From the NCBI GenBank assembly GCA_013203345.1, contig JABMQF010000062.1, forward strand, positions 2,490-66,489: a DNA stretch of 64,000 bases, given 5' to 3'. Shown piece after piece: positions 57,532 through 64,000 of the stretch. The position numbers and the translations under genes were made by a program. This DNA comes from Candidatus Woesearchaeota archaeon (GTDB lineage: Archaea > Nanobdellota > Nanobdellia > Woesearchaeales > UBA11576). The notes below the pieces were generated by a model. That model ran no database searches. It saw only the letters and a list, made by a program, of their open reading frames with translations, and had not been told where the DNA came from. Each line of letters opens with the position of its first letter. Position 1 is the stretch's first letter.

Positions 57532-60500
57532 GATAATGACCTCACACTGATATTAACCCGCCCGTCAGCAGTGAACCCTGTGTTTCTGAAAACAAGAGAG
57601 TACGCTCCTGCGCTGAACCTCTTATCACCCTCGAGATATATGTTAGCAGGCCTCAACTCTGTTCGTATTATGTAATACGCAACACCTCTTTCAATACCAA
57701 AAGCAGGATTCACCCTGTCAAGGAAATCATCATCATCAAGATCATCCTCAACACCTGACTGGTCCATCAAATCAGTAGTGGCGAAAAGCTTTATCGTAAC
57801 AATACTTGTATCCGACTCTATTGATCCTGTATTAAAAGCCGCTGCATTGTTCTCTGTTGCTATACCTACGACAATATCCCCTTCATCCACTCCTCGGATA
57901 TGATTTGTCAGTATACCCGCATTACCATAAGAAACCCTAATGGTCTTGTTTGACTCAGGCAGACCTACCCCCATACGAACAAAAACAGACTGTGAATAAG
58001 AGATAACATCATTAGCAGGATTTACCGCTGTCGCGTATATCTCATTTGTCCCATTATCAAGAACAACATCAAACGTTCCGTCTCCATTGAAAAGCTGCAA
58101 GGCAGATGTGGATAAATCACCATCCTCATTCACAACAGTAACTGAGACATTGGCCAGCTGATCAACATCAACAACCACAGGTATGTTGGGGCTATTGAAC
58201 AACTGTCCTGTGAACGGAGAGGTTATTCTCGCCGAGACAGCGGCGGTGTCTATGACAATATTGTAATGTGACGGGTCGCCCCAGTTTCCTGCCATATCCT
58301 TTGCCTTTACATGGAAGTAATGATTGCCGTCTGGGAGATCAAAATCAACATCCCACACATCACCTGAATCCATATGCCTGGCCTCGACAGAATACTCAAC
58401 TGAATATGTATTCTCAACACATGCGCCAACCTCATCGCAGACAAAACTCGCTGTTGTATTGTCAACAAACGCCAAAGTATCAGTACCTCCAACATCAAGA
58501 GGATTGCGATTGTCATCATCAGAAGGCATACCTGCTACAACAACATAAACATCCGCGAATGAATCGTCAATGGATTCGTTGACTGTCACGTCGAACTGAT
58601 AGATGCGCGACAAAGACATATCATACGAATAAACAAAGTCTCTTGATACATCAATAATATCAGACACAGCATTAGCTGTGATGTCAAAGCCTGATATTGG
58701 CATACCTTCTCCAGTTGTTGCCAGATAGATGCGGAGCGACATCAAATCTGTCAGGTCTGAATCACGCTCTGCAACGACGACACGAATGCGCACTGTGTCA
58801 TTGACAGACAAGTTAGTGTGCACCTGACTGAATACAGCATATGCAGAACCTCCCATATCATCCCTGATAGTTGTGTTGTAAGTTCCTCTAATCATAGGCC
58901 TTACAACCTGCCAGTCCCTTGCTTCAACATTATCATCAGGAGCACTGCCAGGATACATACCTACCATATATGAATAACCATCAATACCTGAAATCAAGTC
59001 TTGCGCAGTGAAGTTAAGCAGCACATCACTACTTCCGTAAGAAGTACCTTCTATTGGATGAGTCAAGCTAGTTATGTCGGGCGCTGTCGGAGGGGTCAGA
59101 TCAATGATAACACCGTCGGACGAAGAGGTTGCGTTAAAACCTCCCTCTATGTAAGCTGTGACCTCAAAAGTATAGTTGCTTCCCTCATCAAGAGATAGAT
59201 TAGGGACAGTGACGTCTGTTCGTTCACCCACATCAGTCCAGTCACACCCGCCAAAGCATGAACCGTCCTCAAAAATCCTGTACTTGTAATATATATTTGA
59301 AATATCATCTGTCGCGTTCCACCAGTAAGCTGAAAGGGTTGTGTTGCTGTTGACCCAGTCAATGTCAATACCTGTATCACCGTCATATACAACTGGCGCT
59401 GTCGGCGGAGTATAATCCTGAGTGAACCTGTAAGTTATGGATGTGTTCATCACCGTAGTCTGGGGCTTGCAATCCCTCAACTCGTAGAAGACAGTCTTGT
59501 TGCCTTCTTCTTCTGACAAAATCCAGGCCTTTACACCTACACAAGATTCCCAAGACATGCTGCCGAGATTGGACGCGTTGTCATTCGCCCAGCGGCATGC
59601 AGGCAAGCAGAAATCATCTGCATAAGTCAAGTTAAGGAAAACCATCCTTGACCCTGTGAATACTGTGCTTCCATTCGGACCTACAATATCTATAGATCCT
59701 GTCGGAGGATAATCAATCATCGGACCGTTGTCAGATACTGATCCTACAACATTTCCACCAGTCGCAGCAGAATAAGGATAAGCTGTTCCAGAATCACCAT
59801 ATCCATCTATGTTTGAGTCGACGATGTCCAAAGAACCTATATCATCCCATAGGTTTCCACGCTGACATAGAGCACCACATGCTGAACCATTATCAACACT
59901 CCATAGGTTGAGTGCGGATTGGTCATTTGCAAGACCTAGCGTCGCGCTTCTGAATTGATTGAAGTAAAAAGTGTTACCTGACGAGGGATTTGCAAGGAAC
60001 ACATGATAACTAGTGCTGTTTTCGAATGTGCTGTTTTTGACGATGTTGTCATTGCTGTTAAGGGTGAATTGGATCCCCCAGTCATTATCCTCGAAAAGTA
60101 CATTTTCAATCAGACTGTCACTTGAACCCTGCAAATAGATACCCGTATCTCCGTTGTTGTATATATCTGAATCTTCTATCACAGTGTCGGTGGCAGTTAA
60201 TATATTGAATCCATTCCCTGTGTTTGAATAAGAACGGATAAGCGAAAAGTTTGACTGAATAGAATTTTGGTAATCAAACCCTTGTTTTACATTATTGCGG
60301 GAAGTCAGGTTATGGAATGAACAGAAATCACCCTCAAGAGAGAAACCTGTGCTGTAATTAACAGCTTCACATCCTGAAATATTTACCTGGTGCTGATTAA
60401 CAGAATAGAAACCACTACCAGTATCGTCACCTATTATTATTGTGTTGTTGCATGTAAGTGAAACAGATCCTGCAGTTATCCTGACAACACCATCACCTGC

Positions 60501-60719
60501 TGTGTCGACTATGTTGAAAGTTCCTGAACATAGCGTCGTGTCTGAAGATATATCAAGATTATCAGACGGGTTGACACACTGCGCAGAAGCGAATGATGCG
60601 AAAATTGCTGTTAATACTACACATAACAGAATCATCATTAATTTTCTCGTCCCTGCAGTTCTTGTCCATGCAGAGCACTTATTGAATAGCATCATCTTGC
60701 CACCTGCACCTCCAACCAT
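57528..60719 (-). CDS. large surface protein, paralog 3, with N-terminal pectate-lyase-like beta-helix repeats
   Basis: Signal peptide. Beta-helix-type repeats (NNGDTGIYLQGSSDSLIENVLFEDNDWGIQFTLNSNDNIVKNSTFENS). Then the shared Ig-like region (TPPTAPVVYDG, HVKAKDMAGNWGDPSHYNIVI). Confidence 0.6.
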   Translation of the reverse strand: MVGGAGGKMMLFNKCSAWTRTAGTRKLMMILLCVVLTAIFASFASAQCVNPSDNLDISSDTTLCSGTFNIVDTAGDGVVRITAGSVSLTCNNTIIIGDDTGSGFYSVNQHQVNISGCEAVNYSTGFSLEGDFCSFHNLTSRNNVKQGFDYQNSIQSNFSLIRSYSNTGNGFNILTATDTVIEDSDIYNNGDTGIYLQGSSDSLIENVLFEDNDWGIQFTLNSNDNIVKNSTFENSTSYHVFLANPSSGNTFYFNQFRSATLGLANDQSALNLWSVDNGSACGALCQRGNLWDDIGSLDIVDSNIDGYGDSGTAYPYSAATGGNVVGSVSDNGPMIDYPPTGSIDIVGPNGSTVFTGSRMVFLNLTYADDFCLPACRWANDNASNLGSMSWESCVGVKAWILSEEEGNKTVFYELRDCKPQTTVMNTSITYRFTQDYTPPTAPVVYDGDTGIDIDWVNSNTTLSAYWWNATDDISNIYYKYRIFEDGSCFGGCDWTDVGERTDVTVPNLSLDEGSNYTFEVTAYIEGGFNATSSSDGVIIDLTPPTAPDITSLTHPIEGTSYGSSDVLLNFTAQDLISGIDGYSYMVGMYPGSAPDDNVEARDWQVVRPMIRGTYNTTIRDDMGGSAYAVFSQVHTNLSVNDTVRIRVVVAERDSDLTDLMSLRIYLATTGEGMPISGFDITANAVSDIIDVSRDFVYSYDMSLSRIYQFDVTVNESIDDSFADVYVVVAGMPSDDDNRNPLDVGGTDTLAFVDNTTASFVCDEVGACVENTYSVEYSVEARHMDSGDVWDVDFDLPDGNHYFHVKAKDMAGNWGDPSHYNIVIDTAAVSARITSPFTGQLFNSPNIPVVVDVDQLANVSVTVVNEDGDLSTSALQLFNGDGTFDVVLDNGTNEIYATAVNPANDVISYSQSVFVRMGVGLPESNKTIRVSYGNAGILTNHIRGVDEGDIVVGIATENNAAAFNTGSIESDTSIVTIKLFATTDLMDQSGVEDDLDDDDFLDRVNPAFGIERGVAYYIIRTELRPANIYLEGDKRFSAGAYSLVFRNTGFTADGRVNISVRSLS

Positions 60720-61762
60720 TTCCTGAACACAGGGTCATTGATCTCAAACATACCTCTTGATTTAAGGGTAAGAAAACCTTTTTCCTCCATTATCGAGAGG
60801 AATCGTCTTACGTTTGTCCGTGAATAATCGATTATGCGCGATATCCTCGACGGAGTGTTAACATCATGCTCTGCCATGCAGACAATTATGGGCAGCTCTT
60901 TTGGGCTAAGCTGCCTTAGTCTCTCTGAATAGTAAGTGTGCAGCTCATTTTTGATAGCATCCTTTGCAAGTAAGTTGATTGCCTCGGCTGTTGCCGCAGA
61001 TGAAAGCTTTGCAAGCCTTGCAATATAGTTTATGTAGAAAGGAACACCACCTGAAAAATTATAAATCGCATTAAGTGCTGCCTCTTTTATCTCTACATTG
61101 TTTGACGATATGTATTCACGTGCATAAGATATTGGCATCAGAGGAATATTGACTGAATCTATATCCGCAACCTTGTAATGTGATGCAAATACAAAGACAC
61201 ACTCTCCTGACTGGCCTGCATATTCGAATAGAGCAGACATCGATGCATGTTGTGACTTCATTCCAGCAAGACGGTCTGCATCGTCGACAAGAATCACAGG
61301 CACTGTGTTGGTCTCAGTTGCTATCTTAGATGGCAATGATATGAAAACATTTACAACATCATCAATAGAAATTGTTTTGTCTTGCTTGTGAAACAGTAAA
61401 ATCTTGATGTCCCTGCGCAGGCCATCACTAATCTTCAGTTCTGAAAGTTTGCTGTCTATGTCAAGAATTGACGCAGATAAGATCTTTTCATATTCAATGA
61501 ATACATCTTTGTAAGCCTGAAGCAATGAGATGAGATTTGTGCGAATATATGATTCAAGACCTGTGCATTCTGCAGAGAATATGATTGGCATATTAGGTTT
61601 CTTAAGCGAGTTTGCAATATCAAGAAGGAAAGATGATTTACCATATTTGTCTGGCGCGACAACAATCTGGTTTTTGCCTGCCTTTATTGTCTGGAGCGCA
61701 GAATCCAGCTCTTGCTGCCAGTATCGTCGCTGCATCAACATAGGTTGTAGGCTTAACACCAA
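60692..61762 (-). CDS. AAA+ ATPase of the archaeal-ATPase (DUF234-like) family with C-terminal winged helix
   Basis: Walker A VVAPDKYGKSSFL. Walker B ILVDDADRL. C-terminal RRFLSIMEEKGFLTLKSRGMFEINDPVFRKWL wHTH. Confidence 0.65.
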   Translation of the reverse strand: MVLSLQPMLMQRRYWQQELDSALQTIKAGKNQIVVAPDKYGKSSFLLDIANSLKKPNMPIIFSAECTGLESYIRTNLISLLQAYKDVFIEYEKILSASILDIDSKLSELKISDGLRRDIKILLFHKQDKTISIDDVVNVFISLPSKIATETNTVPVILVDDADRLAGMKSQHASMSALFEYAGQSGECVFVFASHYKVADIDSVNIPLMPISYAREYISSNNVEIKEAALNAIYNFSGGVPFYINYIARLAKLSSAATAEAINLLAKDAIKNELHTYYSERLRQLSPKELPIIVCMAEHDVNTPSRISRIIDYSRTNVRRFLSIMEEKGFLTLKSRGMFEINDPVFRKWLEVQVAR

Positions 61763-62456
61763 TTCTCACCATATTTTTTGTAAATCTGAACAAAGTAGTA
61801 AAATATTTTTATAATAATTTTTTTTATTAGGTATTTAAATATATATAAATGTTTTGGTATCATTAACGCGCCACTACAATCAAAAGTAAAAATATAAATA
61901 AATATTTTGTTAATAATTATTTTTATTAAATTGTATAAAACGCGTTGCTTGCGCCGGATCAGAGGATTAAAAGAGCGTGATAAAAAACAATACCTAATAA
62001 GTAATGTAATTTTCTATTTGATTAATAAAATACCTATAAGACAATAAGTTTTAACATTTTTCCATTAATATAATCTATAAAGTAATTCAATCAGTCATAA
62101 AGTAATTTAATTAGCCATAAAACAATATGAATATCTATAAGCAAAATACATAATCAAAAAAAAGGGCGAAAAAAGCAATATCTCATTGTTTGACGTGCAA
62201 CAATTAACCCCTGCCAGGCCGTGTAGTGATGCTATCTGATAGTATCAAGAAACAAACAAGAAACATAACCTATACAGTAAACTAATAATCTTTTTTTGGT
62301 GTATTTTTTGCCTTATAACGTTATCAAATATCCTAAAAAGAAAATAAGTTTGCATTTAGGTATAATATATACCCTATTGACCAAATGGTTCGTTATAAGT
62401 TATACACATTACCAAATAGATAATTATTTAAATGATAAGTTGTTAATACTGCGAAT

Positions 62457-62708
62457 ATGTCAACACCTCTACCAAAGTGGGTAATGCAGAAGTATGCGAA
62501 AATATGGCAAGAACTTCGCGATAGTAGCTTTGATCATCAGAAAGCAACAGAAATTCTCGACGATAATGTGAGCGTAATCCTATCACACCTACGCAAAAAT
62601 AGTTGGCTAGAAATAAATCTTAATCCAGAAGACAGCAGAAAAAGAATTTACAGGCTCAAAAAACCTGAGCAAATAATAAATGAGATGAAACAAGATGGTA
62701 AACAATAA
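62457..62708 (+). CDS. small hypothetical protein (83 aa)
   Basis: ORF track. 14-nt overlap with the downstream partial gene. Confidence 0.4.
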   Translation: MSTPLPKWVMQKYAKIWQELRDSSFDHQKATEILDDNVSVILSHLRKNSWLEINLNPEDSRKRIYRLKKPEQIINEMKQDGKQ

Positions 62709-64000
62709 GACCGGTACTAAAACCTCAACGAACAGGCGAAACTCAATTATCGCAATTGCGCTAATAGTGATAATCGCCGCACTCCTCGCGACAAGCCTTG
62801 TGCTTCGCAAGATGGAAATAACCGGACTTCAAATATCCACAAGAGATCAACTTTTCTATTCTCAAGATGCAAGCCTAACAATAGCCACAGATCAGACAAT
62901 ACCCTGGCAAGTACCTGAACACCCTAATAAATTCCAGCTGAGAAAAATCAGCATGGATGGTGAGATAATCGGAGACGGCCAGGCAAGAATATATCTCCTG
63001 GCGAACGGAGAAAAATATCTTGTTCTTGACAACAGAGCCATAAATAGGCAATCAAATATGATAACTGGAAACCAAGTTGCAGAATCAGTAAACCAAGAAT
63101 CTGAAGAAGAACCAGGTGAAGAACAAGACGAAAAACCCGGCGAAGAATCCGACGAAGAACAAGACAAAAACCCAAATAAAGAATCAACAGAAGAAAAATC
63201 AATAGACCTCTCACTAGAATATCAAAAAGGAACAAGATGGGATGCAGACGATGATGGTAGGGCTTACAGCAGAGCTGATGCGGTTGATTTCACTGTTGAG
63301 AACACAGGGTTCAGCTGGAACGCAGACGGATCAAAAACATGCACAAAATGGACAATAACATCTCATGAAGGAATAGACACAAGCATATGTAATGGAGCAG
63401 AAGACTGCTGCGGACTTATCCAGCTTGCACCAACAAGCACTAACTGGGATGAACCATTCTATCTATATTATCAACAGCACGGTTCCACACTCGAAAACAC
63501 AGTGACAGCACAAGTAATATACCTTGACCAGAGTCTTGAACCAGGCAATGTCAGATTTGACAGCGCACAGAGTGAGACGAAGCAGCTTCGCGCAGCATTC
63601 CAGGAACCTGATATGAATGAATTCTCAGATACCTGTTCGCAGACATGCCAATTGCCAGAAGGACTCAAAGACACAGACTATGAACTTGTATTCGAATTAG
63701 AACAAGGCATGACAATCAAGATAAACACCATAAATTACATGTTAGAAGTCGTTGAAATTGAAGAGACACAAGTACAGTTCAACCCAGAGGTCGCAGACTC
63801 AAACGGAATCATAGTTCCAACATACATAGAATTCAAAGACCCTGACACAAACGATGTGATAGCCACAAAAAGAATCACAAAACAAAAAGCCAAGATAAAA
63901 GGAGAAAGACTGGTCTCACCAGAACAAGACAACACAATAACCGTACTGGAAGGCAGGTACAACATAGATGTTGAGATACAGGAAGGCCAACCAGTTGACA
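62695..64000 (+). CDS. 5' part of a secreted Cys-rich protein (open to window end, >435 aa)
   Basis: Own translation: MVNNKTGTKTSTNRRNSIIAIALIVIIAALLATSLVL (signal anchor). Acidic linker EEEPGEEQDEKPGEESDEEQD. Cys-rich segment CTKWTITSHEGIDTSICNGAEDCCG. No stop before 64000. Confidence 0.55.
   Translation, partial: MVNNKTGTKTSTNRRNSIIAIALIVIIAALLATSLVLRKMEITGLQISTRDQLFYSQDASLTIATDQTIPWQVPEHPNKFQLRKISMDGEIIGDGQARIYLLANGEKYLVLDNRAINRQSNMITGNQVAESVNQESEEEPGEEQDEKPGEESDEEQDKNPNKESTEEKSIDLSLEYQKGTRWDADDDGRAYSRADAVDFTVENTGFSWNADGSKTCTKWTITSHEGIDTSICNGAEDCCGLIQLAPTSTNWDEPFYLYYQQHGSTLENTVTAQVIYLDQSLEPGNVRFDSAQSETKQLRAAFQEPDMNEFSDTCSQTCQLPEGLKDTDYELVFELEQGMTIKINTINYMLEVVEIEETQVQFNPEVADSNGIIVPTYIEFKDPDTNDVIATKRITKQKAKIKGERLVSPEQDNTITVLEGRYNIDVEIQEGQPVD

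Noticed and set aside
1-64000. CRISPR arrays, rRNA, transposase/integrase genes
   Set aside because: No regularly spaced direct repeats with unique spacers, no rRNA-like GC-rich structured blocks, and no recognisable transposase or integrase motifs were seen anywhere in the window.

Overview
AT-rich, gene-dense window that looks archaeal. Evidence: class-III (type IV pilin-like) signal peptides, a FlaI/TadA-type ATPase with split TadB/TadC platform proteins, Lrp/AsnC and archaeal-ATPase (DUF234-like) proteins, TATA-like boxes about 25 nt upstream of apparently leaderless starts, many minimal nucleotidyltransferase (MNT)/HEPN genes, and a eukaryotic-like Ser/Thr kinase. The organism is probably a small-genome (DPANN-like) archaeon, but that is inference. 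No rRNA, tRNA or CRISPR array was recognised. The main blocks are as follows. (1) 0.9-10.6 kb: three MFS transporters, an APH-like kinase, two Nudix hydrolases and two inverted HEPN-MNT pairs with a four-fold palindromic operator array. (2) 10.6-19.5 kb: a tandem Lrp/AsnC regulator divergent from a putative biosynthetic or modification cluster of two radical-SAM enzymes, an adenosine-deaminase-family protein, an MccF-like LD-carboxypeptidase, a SAM methyltransferase and a Cys/Gly-rich small peptide translationally coupled to an HExxH metallopeptidase. (3) 19.5-24 kb: small hypothetical genes sharing a recurring TAATGTCACA upstream motif. (4) 24-30.4 kb: a methyltransferase, two KNTase-like (NTase+HEPN) paralogs flanking a TIM-barrel protein, and two unknown proteins. 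(5) 30.4-39.9 kb: YhbY, a Kef-type antiporter with an unannotated AbrB-like ORF, a Ser/Thr kinase, a large secreted protein, an NFACT-R protein and a cupin. (6) 39.9-61.8 kb: a roughly 22 kb single-strand mega-operon with a Tad-like archaeal type IV pilus system, three paralogous giant Ig-like/beta-helix surface proteins, a phage-tail-fibre-repeat protein, an HTH-MNT and an AAA+ archaeal ATPase. (7) A partial secreted Cys-rich protein at the 3' edge. Calls below rest on motif recognition by eye and the ORF track only. No database searches were run.
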